Positions 1 to 7,969 of a stretch of DNA of 64,000 nt are shown in pieces (the stretch's first letter is position 1; each line of letters starts with the position of its first letter). The DNA is from Clostridiales bacterium. Lineage in GTDB: Bacteria > Bacillota > Clostridia > Christensenellales > UBA1242. The DNA lies in NCBI GenBank assembly GCA_015055605.1, contig SVHV01000001.1:65026-129025 (forward strand), read 5' to 3'. Both the position numbers and the translations under genes were made by a program. A model generated the notes under the pieces. It was not told where the DNA came from and ran no database searches. It worked only from the letters and a program-made list of their open reading frames with translations.

Positions 1-277
1 ACTTGATGATGCAATCAACGAAATGGTAGATTTGCTAGCACCGCAAGGAAGGTTATGTATAATTACATTCCATTCTCTAGAGGATAGAATAGTAAAACAA
101 ACTTTCAAAGATAGAACAACAGATTGTATTTGTGATAAAACCTTACCATTCTGTGTATGTAATCATATAGCAGATGCTGAGTTGGTAAATAAAAAACCAA
201 TTGTGGCAGGTAAGGAAGAATTGAAATACAACAAAAGAAGTAGTAGTGCAAAGCTAAGGGTTTTGCAAAAAAAATAA
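1..277 (+). CDS. rsmH: 16S rRNA (cytosine1402-N4)-methyltransferase RsmH/MraW, C-terminal part (5' end lies outside the window)
   Basis: The reading frame is open from the window edge. It contains the ITFHSLEDRIVK and SAKLRV motifs typical of the RsmH C-terminus. It lies immediately upstream of ftsL-like and PBP genes, as in dcw clusters. Confidence 0.85.
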   Translation, partial: LDDAINEMVDLLAPQGRLCIITFHSLEDRIVKQTFKDRTTDCICDKTLPFCVCNHIADAELVNKKPIVAGKEELKYNKRSSSAKLRVLQKK

Positions 278-285
278 AATGAGGG

Positions 286-879
286 GTGAAGGATATGAGC
301 GCTTATGGTAAAGTTTCTTATTCAGAAAGTGATGTAGAATCTACTGAAGAAATCAAACAAGACTTTGAGTCTACATCTGCCGTTGAAGAACAAGTAGAAA
401 AATTCGACAATTCCTACACCCAGGCTAGATTAAAAGATTTATATGAACAATATGATAAAATCACTATTGATGAGGAGAGAATTAAGTCTGTTACTCAAGT
501 AAAAGTGAATGCTGTAAGTAATGCAATTCCTTTTAGAGTGGTTTTAGTAATGACAACAACAGTTCTAGTTACATTACTCCTAGCATTCCTTTGTATCTAT
601 AATATTTCTGTCATAAATGGTATGAATACTAACATACAATACCTACAGGAAGAAGTAGTACAATATGAATATGATTTAGCTAATTCAAAGGCAATATATA
701 GTGATTTGACATCTGTTGAGAATATTCAAGGTGACCTATCTTCAATGGGTTACGGTGACATTGCTTCTTCAAATATCGTGGCTATATCCGTTCCAGAAAA
801 AACGGAGGTAATTGAGTTACAAGCTGAAACTAACTGGTTTGATGGCTTCTGTAATTTTCTTAGCCAATTATTTGGGTAG
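286..879 (+). CDS. FtsL-like bitopic cell-division protein (an in-frame ATG at 295 is an alternative start)
   Basis: It occupies the position between rsmH and the class B PBP. It has an acidic N-terminal region, a single TM helix (FRVVLVMTTTVLVTLLLAFLCIY) and an extracytoplasmic coiled region. There is no sequence motif beyond this architecture. Confidence 0.5.
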   Translation: MKDMSAYGKVSYSESDVESTEEIKQDFESTSAVEEQVEKFDNSYTQARLKDLYEQYDKITIDEERIKSVTQVKVNAVSNAIPFRVVLVMTTTVLVTLLLAFLCIYNISVINGMNTNIQYLQEEVVQYEYDLANSKAIYSDLTSVENIQGDLSSMGYGDIASSNIVAISVPEKTEVIELQAETNWFDGFCNFLSQLFG

Positions 880-884
880 GTAAT

Positions 885-2792
885 ATGCAAAATACTTCAA
901 TAATATCATTAAAAAGAAGACTACTAGCAGTATTTGTGCTAGTGTCTTTTTGTTTTTTAGGTGTAATTGTGAGGTTAGGGTATTTGCAACTAATTAAGGG
1001 TGAATGGCTACAGGTAAGGGCTATTGACCAGTGGACTAGAGATTTACCTTTAAATGCGATTAGGGGTAGTATTTTTGATTGTAATGGTGTAACGCTTGCT
1101 ACTAGCTATTCCTCGTATGATGTTTATGTGAGGCCCAGTATGGTTAAAGATGAGAGGGCTGTAGCTCATATTCTATCAGATGCTTTAGGAGTTGATTTTG
1201 AAAAAGTATATTCTAAGGTTATAGATAGGTATGTAAGCGAGGCCTTGATTAAGTTACAGGTGTCTAAGGATAAAGTGAGTGAAATTAAGGCTAGTGGACT
1301 CTCTGGTATTTTATTTAGTGAGAATAATAGTAGGGTTTATCCTCATAATTCTATGCTCACACAGGTACTGGGGTTTACTACTATTGATAATGTTGGTCAA
1401 GCTGGTTTGGAGGCTTATTATGATAAGTATTTAACCGGAATCAATGGTTATATTGTAGAAGAAAGTGATGTTAAGGGTGTTACAATAGATAATACCCTAA
1501 CTACATATATGCCTAGTATACCTGGAATGAATCTAAATCTCACTATAGATACAAATATACAGAGATTTACTGAGAATGCTTTACAAAAACTATACATAGA
1601 ACAGAAACCAAAGAAGGCGAGTGCTATCGTAATGAATCCTAATACTGGAGAAATTGTAGCGATGGCAACACTACCTAATTTTGACCTTAATAATGTGCCA
1701 AGAAATGATGTGTCTGTATTGATGGAGACGGTAAAAAATATAAATATAGTTGATGTTTATGAGCCTGGCTCTACTTTTAAATGTATAACTATGGCTAATG
1801 CTATTGAAAATGGTGTTGCCAGCCTATCTGATACTTTCTTTGACCCAGGTTATAGAATGGTTGATGGTGAAAAGATTAAGTGTTGGAAGCTTACTGGTCA
1901 TGGAATGCAGACTCTGAGTGAGGGGCTTTGTAATAGTTGTAATAGTGTGTTTGTTGATTTGGCTCTAAGGCTTGGCAAAGAGGGCATCTATGAGATGTTT
2001 GAAAAGTTTGGTTTTGGTGTGCAAACAGGTATAGATTTTTACGGTGAGAGTTCTGGGATAATCATGGATAGTAGTGTTTCAAAAACGGTAGATATTGCTC
2101 GAATGGGTTTTGGTCAAGCAGTAGCTGTAACGCCTATCCAACAAATCTCTGCAATTTGTAGTATCGTTAATGGTGGTAAGTTATATAAACCATATTTTGT
2201 AAAATCTATTGAAGACAGTATGGGTAATATTATTTCAAAGACCGAACCTACCGTTGTTGCTAGAACAATATCCGAAAATACTAGTGATATTATGCGAATT
2301 ATGATGGAAGATGTTATTAAGCAATATAGTGGATATTATTCATATATACCGGGATATAGGGTGTCTGGCAAGACGGGAACAACACAGAAGTATGCTGATG
2401 GTAAAATCAGTGGAGAATATATTGCATCATTTGTAGGTGCTTTTCCTGCTGACAAACCTGATTATGTGATACTGATTATTGCTGATGAGCCGGGTGGTGA
2501 TAGTTATTATGGTAGCATTGTTGCTACTCCGTATGCAAAATTAATTATAGAGGATATTATTAAGTATAAAAATTATGCACCTGCTAATCCAAAGGAATTA
2601 GAAAATGGAGGAGTGTTTGAGTATATAGATATGCCGCATCTTATGGGGCTTAATATATATGAAGCATTAAATATTTTAGATGGTATTGGTTTACAGGTGG
2701 AGATTGAGGGGAGTGGTAATGTTGTTCTTGACCAGTTTCCGTATGCGGGGGTCATAGTTGTAAAGAATGGAATAGTTGTTGTAAAGACATAA
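885..2792 (+). CDS. Class B penicillin-binding protein (FtsI/PBP2B/SpoVD type transpeptidase) with one C-terminal PASTA-like domain
   Basis: It has an N-terminal TM anchor and the motifs STFK (SxxK), SCN (SxN) and KTGT. The C-terminal ~60 aa are PASTA-like (LNIYEALNILDGIGLQVEIEGSG). It sits in dcw context. Confidence 0.92.
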   Translation: MQNTSIISLKRRLLAVFVLVSFCFLGVIVRLGYLQLIKGEWLQVRAIDQWTRDLPLNAIRGSIFDCNGVTLATSYSSYDVYVRPSMVKDERAVAHILSDALGVDFEKVYSKVIDRYVSEALIKLQVSKDKVSEIKASGLSGILFSENNSRVYPHNSMLTQVLGFTTIDNVGQAGLEAYYDKYLTGINGYIVEESDVKGVTIDNTLTTYMPSIPGMNLNLTIDTNIQRFTENALQKLYIEQKPKKASAIVMNPNTGEIVAMATLPNFDLNNVPRNDVSVLMETVKNINIVDVYEPGSTFKCITMANAIENGVASLSDTFFDPGYRMVDGEKIKCWKLTGHGMQTLSEGLCNSCNSVFVDLALRLGKEGIYEMFEKFGFGVQTGIDFYGESSGIIMDSSVSKTVDIARMGFGQAVAVTPIQQISAICSIVNGGKLYKPYFVKSIEDSMGNIISKTEPTVVARTISENTSDIMRIMMEDVIKQYSGYYSYIPGYRVSGKTGTTQKYADGKISGEYIASFVGAFPADKPDYVILIIADEPGGDSYYGSIVATPYAKLIIEDIIKYKNYAPANPKELENGGVFEYIDMPHLMGLNIYEALNILDGIGLQVEIEGSGNVVLDQFPYAGVIVVKNGIVVVKT

Positions 2793-2806
2793 GATTGTAA
2801 ATATAG

Positions 2807-2838
2807 ACCCACTGGTATTGAGTGGGTCTTTTTTTGTT
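2807..2838 (+). terminator. Rho-independent terminator after the PBP gene
   Basis: A 9-bp stem (agacccact / agtgggtct) with a 7-nt loop is followed by a T7 run. Confidence 0.7.
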
Positions 2839-2894
2839 GGAATATGTAAAAGGTGATTGTAATTATTGTGTCGATATTTGGTGTCTGGTCCTAA

Positions 2895-4394
2895 ATGAAA
2901 TATTTAGATGATACAATATGTAAAAGGCTAAAGAGGTATGGTATGAGGCTTAAAAAAATTATAGAAAATCTACCTATTGTGAGTATAAAAAATTTAAAAA
3001 ATTATAATATAAAATCTATCACACATATATCACGAGATGTTGCAAAAAATAGTATATTTATCTGTATAAAAGGTAGTGAATATAATGGTAATGATTATAT
3101 AGATGAGGCTATTCAAAATGGTGCAAAAGTAATTATTACAGAGGAGGAAGTTTGTAGTCCTAATATAACTATAATTGTTGTAAAAAATATCAGAAAAGCC
3201 ATGAGTATTGTGGCTAAAAACTTCTATAATAAGATATGTGATACGATGCAAATAATAGGAGTAATAGGAACTTCTGGTAAGACTACAACTAGTTTTATTA
3301 TCAAACAATTATTGTGTTCTACTGGCAATAAGATAGGTATTATAGGCACAAACGGTATATATATTGACAATATTAGATTAGAAAATGATTTTACAACACC
3401 TGACCCTCTGGAGATGCATTACATCTTTTATCAGATGAAAATGCTGGGAGTTGAGACTGTTGTAATGGAGGTGTCTGCACAGGCAATTAGTCAATATAAG
3501 ATGTATGGAATTAGACTCAAAATAGGTGTGTTTACAAATATTAGTAATGAACATCTAGACTTCTTTGGAACAATGGAAAATTATGCTAAATGTAAGATGG
3601 ATTATTTCAATATTCGTAATATGGATGAGGCAGTTATTAATGTTGATGATTTCTATGGGAGGGAGTTGGCATTTAAAACAAATATGCCCGTTGTTAGTTA
3701 TGCTATAGATTCACCTGCGAATGTTTTTGCAATGAATATTGAGAGTAGTTTAAATGGAATAGAATTTGTAGTTAATTGTTTAGATGATATATACAAAATA
3801 AATACAAAATTAGTTGGCAAATATAATGTTTATAATATTCTCGCAGGAATGACTGTGTCTAAAATGTTGGGTTGTAAAAAATCTGATATAGAGTATGCTG
3901 TGAATAATCTTCAAAAGATAGATGGTAGATTTAATCTTTTCAGTTTGCCTAAAAACAATAGTATTATAGTTGACTTTGCTCACACGATAGATAGTATTGA
4001 GAAGTTGCTTTCATTTGTTAGAGAAAATGTGGTGGGTAGAGTCATTACACTATTTGGATGTGTTGGCTATAGTAATAGAGATAAAAGAAAACAGATGATG
4101 GAGAATGTTCTTAGATATTCTGACTATGTGATTGTGACTACCGATAATAGAGGGGAGACACCTTACGAAGATATAGTTGCTGATATGGTAGATGGTGTTT
4201 CTCCTAGTAAATATATTTCTATAGAGGATAGGGCTTGTGCTATACATTTTGGTTATGGGTTACTTAAGGAGAATGATGCATTAGTTGTAATGGGTAAGGG
4301 TGCTGAGAATTTTCAGAAAATAGAAAAAGAAAGAATACCGTATAGTGATATTGATATTGTTCAACAATTAATTAAAAAGCAAGGTTTAGTATGA
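2895..4394 (+). CDS. murE: UDP-N-acetylmuramoyl-L-alanyl-D-glutamate ligase MurE (a likelier start is ATG 2943, behind an AAGAGG site)
   Basis: It has the Mur ligase P-loop GVIGTSGKTTT and family-wide similarity (HLDFFGT, DGRF). It lies between the PBP gene and mraY. Confidence 0.9.
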   Translation: MKYLDDTICKRLKRYGMRLKKIIENLPIVSIKNLKNYNIKSITHISRDVAKNSIFICIKGSEYNGNDYIDEAIQNGAKVIITEEEVCSPNITIIVVKNIRKAMSIVAKNFYNKICDTMQIIGVIGTSGKTTTSFIIKQLLCSTGNKIGIIGTNGIYIDNIRLENDFTTPDPLEMHYIFYQMKMLGVETVVMEVSAQAISQYKMYGIRLKIGVFTNISNEHLDFFGTMENYAKCKMDYFNIRNMDEAVINVDDFYGRELAFKTNMPVVSYAIDSPANVFAMNIESSLNGIEFVVNCLDDIYKINTKLVGKYNVYNILAGMTVSKMLGCKKSDIEYAVNNLQKIDGRFNLFSLPKNNSIIVDFAHTIDSIEKLLSFVRENVVGRVITLFGCVGYSNRDKRKQMMENVLRYSDYVIVTTDNRGETPYEDIVADMVDGVSPSKYISIEDRACAIHFGYGLLKENDALVVMGKGAENFQKIEKERIPYSDIDIVQQLIKKQGLV

Positions 4395-5371
4395 AGGTTG
4401 GTTTAATTAATTTAATTATTTGTTTTGTTGTGGCAATGATTCTTGCACCATTCATGATTAAATTCCTAAGGAAGCTGAAGTTTGGACAGAGTATACTTGT
4501 TTATGTTGAGGCTCACAAAACAAAGTCGGGCACGCCTACTATGGGTGGAATAATATTCATACTATCAGCAATAGTCGGATACTTTTTGTTTTGGAGTAAA
4601 AACAATGTTTTTGCTACGATTTCTATATTGAGTTTGGTCTTTTTTGGAGTTATCGGATTTTTAGATGATTTTATTAAGATTAAGTATAAACAGAATGAGG
4701 GACTGAAGCCTTATCAAAAGTTGATAGGGCAATTCGGTATTGCTGTTATTATTGCAGTATTTGTATATAAGTCAGAATTGATAGGCTCAGAGGTAATTCT
4801 CCCTTTTACAGGTATGTCTATTGATTTCGGGTTTTGGATTGTTCCTTTTGTTATATTTGTTTATTTGGCGATTGTGAATAGTGTAAATCTAATTGATGGG
4901 CTAGATGGTCTTTGTAGTTCGGTGTCTGCTATAGTTTTATCTGCATTTTCGATTGTGATTTTTTTGAAAAAAACATTAGTAGATGGAGTATATGCAAATG
5001 AGATTAATAATCTAGTTATAGTGACATTAGGTTTGGTTGGGGCGATACTTGGTTTTATATTTTTTAATTCTCACCCTGCCAGATGTTTTATGGGTGATGC
5101 TGGCTCGCTAGCATTAGGGGGATATATTGCATCAGTTTTTGTGGTGACTAGACAATATTTATTATTTTTAATTTTAGGCTGTGCTTATGTGCTAACAGTA
5201 ATATCAGTTGTGTTGCAGGTGGGGTATTATAAGTTGACGAAAAAGAGAATCTTTCGAATGGCTCCACTCCATCATCATTTTGAATTAAAGTACGGAGAAA
5301 CTAAGGTGGTCTCGTGGTACAAGATTTTTACAATTATTTTATGTGTACTAACAATTATTTTATATGTGTGA
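4391..5371 (+). CDS. mraY: Phospho-N-acetylmuramoyl-pentapeptide transferase MraY
   Basis: It is a polytopic membrane protein with the motifs GTPTMGG, NSVNLIDGLDGL, FMGDAGSLALGG and APLHHHFE. Its start overlaps the murE stop (ATGA). Confidence 0.96.
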   Translation: MKVGLINLIICFVVAMILAPFMIKFLRKLKFGQSILVYVEAHKTKSGTPTMGGIIFILSAIVGYFLFWSKNNVFATISILSLVFFGVIGFLDDFIKIKYKQNEGLKPYQKLIGQFGIAVIIAVFVYKSELIGSEVILPFTGMSIDFGFWIVPFVIFVYLAIVNSVNLIDGLDGLCSSVSAIVLSAFSIVIFLKKTLVDGVYANEINNLVIVTLGLVGAILGFIFFNSHPARCFMGDAGSLALGGYIASVFVVTRQYLLFLILGCAYVLTVISVVLQVGYYKLTKKRIFRMAPLHHHFELKYGETKVVSWYKIFTIILCVLTIILYV

Positions 5372-6692
5372 GGGGATTATGAATTTTGATTACAAAAACA
5401 TATTAATAATGGGCTATGGTAAAAGTGGTGAGGCTGTGGAAGAAATTGTGAAAAAACTTCAGGTTGACTACAAAATATACGATGCTAGCAAAAAAATTAC
5501 AGGAGGAAATTATTATTCAACTCTTAGCAAAAAGATAATTAGAGACTTTGATTTACTTGTACTATCTCCTGGGATATCAATCTATAATAAATATGTAGTT
5601 TACGCTGAAAAAATTGGTATCAAAGTTGTGGGAGAACTAGAATTTGGTTACTGGTTTACTTCGTCACCAGTTTTGGCTATCACCGGCACTAATGGGAAGA
5701 CTACAACTACTAGGCTTTTAAATGAAATTGTTGGAACAACTTTTTCGTGTGATGCTTTTGGTAATATAGGTAATCCTCTGAGTTCTGGGTATAATAGAGA
5801 ACTAGACTATATGGTTTGTGAGGTTAGCTCATTTCAACTGGAATCAACATATTCTTTTAAACCATATATTTCAGTTATTCTAAATATTGCAGAAGACCAT
5901 ATAGATAGACATAAGACCTTTGAAAACTATATTTGTTGCAAAATGGGGCTACTTAAGAATTGTACGGAAAAATCTCTCGTTGTTCTCAATGCTGATGATA
6001 AGCTCCTAATGGATAGGGGTATCTCTATTAATGCAAAAAAGTATTACATATCTAAGTTTGGAAAAGTGAAGGGAGTGTACTATTTAGATGGAAAAATTTA
6101 TTCTAATATAAGTGGTAATCATCTTTTTTTGGATATGACGGGTTATGATAGGTATTTGCCTATTCTTGATGATTTACTCGCTAGTATTTTAGTGAGTTTG
6201 CTTTTAAAAATAGATAAAGAAAAAATAGTAGAAGCAATAGATAAATTTGAATTATCTCCACATAGACTCGAAAAGGTATGTGAAGATTGTGGGGTAGAGT
6301 ATATTGATGATAGTAAAAGTACAAATATACACAGTACACTCAATGCTTTGGAAAGTACAAAGGGTAATGTTGTATTACTATTAGGTGGAGTAGATAAAAA
6401 ATTAAATTTTGAAAAAATATTTTCTGCCTACGGTAATAAAATTAGTCAGGTTATTGCCTTTGGTGATGCTAGGAAAAAAATACTTAGGAGTGCGAAGAAA
6501 AGTAACTTTGAGAATGTTGTGAGCTATAGATTTTTTTACGATGCAGTAAAGTATGCTTGTGGTATTGCAAAAGAGGGTGAGACGGTGCTACTTTCCCCAG
6601 CCTGTGCGAGTTTTGATGAGTTTAGTAGTTATGCAGAGAGAGGAGATTGTTTTTTAAAAATAATCAAGGAATATGTAAATGCAAAAAACTAG
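5364..6692 (+). CDS. murD: UDP-N-acetylmuramoylalanine--D-glutamate ligase MurD (alternative start ATG 5379)
   Basis: It has the P-loop ITGTNGKTTT, an N-terminal Rossmann-like GYGKSG, and a Mur ligase C-terminal domain. It sits in dcw position. Confidence 0.9.
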   Translation: MCEGIMNFDYKNILIMGYGKSGEAVEEIVKKLQVDYKIYDASKKITGGNYYSTLSKKIIRDFDLLVLSPGISIYNKYVVYAEKIGIKVVGELEFGYWFTSSPVLAITGTNGKTTTTRLLNEIVGTTFSCDAFGNIGNPLSSGYNRELDYMVCEVSSFQLESTYSFKPYISVILNIAEDHIDRHKTFENYICCKMGLLKNCTEKSLVVLNADDKLLMDRGISINAKKYYISKFGKVKGVYYLDGKIYSNISGNHLFLDMTGYDRYLPILDDLLASILVSLLLKIDKEKIVEAIDKFELSPHRLEKVCEDCGVEYIDDSKSTNIHSTLNALESTKGNVVLLLGGVDKKLNFEKIFSAYGNKISQVIAFGDARKKILRSAKKSNFENVVSYRFFYDAVKYACGIAKEGETVLLSPACASFDEFSSYAERGDCFLKIIKEYVNAKN

Positions 6693-7824
6693 AAAATTGA
6701 ATATTGTTTTGATTGTGACTGTAGTTTGTCTATGTTTATTTGGTATACTCATGATTTATAGTGCGAGTTGTTATTCTAGTAATGTTCTCTATGGTGATAG
6801 TTTTCACTTTGTAAAGAAACAATGCTTTGGTTTTTTGATGGGACTGGGGTGTCTAGTTTTTACAGCCCGCTTTGATTATCACAAATATTACAAACTGAGA
6901 TATTGGATAATAGCAACTTCAATTATTTTATTAGTATTGGTTTTTGTGCCTGGTATTGGTATTTCTGCTAATGGTGCTCGGAGATGGATAGGCTTTGGCT
7001 CATTTAACCTGCAGAGTAGTGAGGTTGCTAAATTTGGCTTTGTTATATTTTCTGCTTGTTATTTGTCCAAAAATTATAAGAAAACAAAAACATTTATGGG
7101 TATTCTGCCTATACTGTGTGTAGGAGGATTAATCTGTTTACTCGTAATGTTAGAGCCAAATATGAGTGTGACTATGTGTATAGCAATGGTAATGATTATT
7201 ATGTTGATAATAGGTGGTATGAGGTGGAAACACATTGTTATTCTTGCTATACCAGCATTGGCTCTAGTGGTATTGCTTATAGTCATAGAACCATATCGAT
7301 TAGATAGGCTTATGGCTTTTATTAATCCATGGGCAAATCCCAAAGAAGAGGGCTATCAATTAATACAATCCCTATACTCTCTCGGTGCTGGTGGATTTTT
7401 TGGTGTAGGGCTATTCAATAGTAGACAGAAGTATCTATTTTTACCGTTTAGTGAGAGTGATTTTATCTTTGCTATTATTGGTGAAGAGTTCGGTTTCTTG
7501 GGTTGTGTTATTTTGATTATGGTATACATTTTGATTATATCTATTGGTATCAAAATTGCCATTACTTCGGTAGATAGATTAGGTACATATCTGGCCTCAG
7601 GTATAACATCAGTCATAGCAGTACAGATGCTTATTAATATTGCTGTAGTTACAGGCTCTATTCCTCCGACTGGAATACCACTTCCGTTTATGAGTGCAGG
7701 TGGCACTAGTTTAATGGTGTTTATGGCAGCGATAGGGATACTATGTAATGTGGGGAGGAGTAATCAAGAGAGTGCTAATGGTTTTAATTTATTCAAAATA
7801 AAAAAAATAAAGGAGCATAAATAA
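6679..7824 (+). CDS. ftsW: SEDS-family peptidoglycan glycosyltransferase FtsW/SpoVE
   Basis: It has about 10 TM segments and SEDS motifs (RWIGFGSFNLQSSEVAKF, LPFSESDFIFAIIGEE, IPLPFMSAGGTSL). It follows murD, as spoVE does in B. subtilis. Confidence 0.92.
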   Translation: MQKTRKLNIVLIVTVVCLCLFGILMIYSASCYSSNVLYGDSFHFVKKQCFGFLMGLGCLVFTARFDYHKYYKLRYWIIATSIILLVLVFVPGIGISANGARRWIGFGSFNLQSSEVAKFGFVIFSACYLSKNYKKTKTFMGILPILCVGGLICLLVMLEPNMSVTMCIAMVMIIMLIIGGMRWKHIVILAIPALALVVLLIVIEPYRLDRLMAFINPWANPKEEGYQLIQSLYSLGAGGFFGVGLFNSRQKYLFLPFSESDFIFAIIGEEFGFLGCVILIMVYILIISIGIKIAITSVDRLGTYLASGITSVIAVQMLINIAVVTGSIPPTGIPLPFMSAGGTSLMVFMAAIGILCNVGRSNQESANGFNLFKIKKIKEHK

Positions 7825-7836
7825 TGCTCTTTTTTA
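7813..7836 (+). terminator. Rho-independent terminator overlapping the ftsW stop codon
   Basis: A gagcat / atgctc stem with a 5-nt loop is followed by T6. Confidence 0.6.
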
Positions 7837-7887
7837 TTGTCCCTACATTATTTTATAATGTAATTTTAATAACATCTATTAATTCAT

Positions 7888-7916
7888 TTGACAAAGTTGT
7901 TCGGGGGGGGTAAGAT
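7888..7916 (+). promoter_or_regulatory. Sigma-A-type promoter with a G8 tract inside the spacer (TTGACA, 17 nt, TAAGAT)
   Basis: TTGACA lies at 7888-7893. The spacer at 7894-7910 ends in GGGGGGGG (7903-7910). TAAGAT lies at 7911-7916, about 55 nt upstream of the AAGGAG RBS and ATG at 7970. A paralogous copy lies at 11620-11650. Confidence 0.65.
7903..7910 (+). repeat. Homopolymeric G8 tract (candidate slipped-strand contingency repeat)
   Basis: This is a run of eight G in a genome of about one third G+C. It lies between the -35 and -10 elements. Confidence 0.9.
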
Positions 7917-7969
7917 AAAAATGTATAGATGTGTCGAAAAAGGGCACAATATGTATAAGGAGATAATAA

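Noticed and set aside
7074-7706. Several 60-116-aa ORFs on both strands nested within ftsW/spoVE (7074-7343, 7116-7307, 7356-7706).
   Set aside because: They lie entirely inside a well-supported SEDS gene. They have no RBS, and their composition is typical of off-frame translation of a membrane-protein gene.
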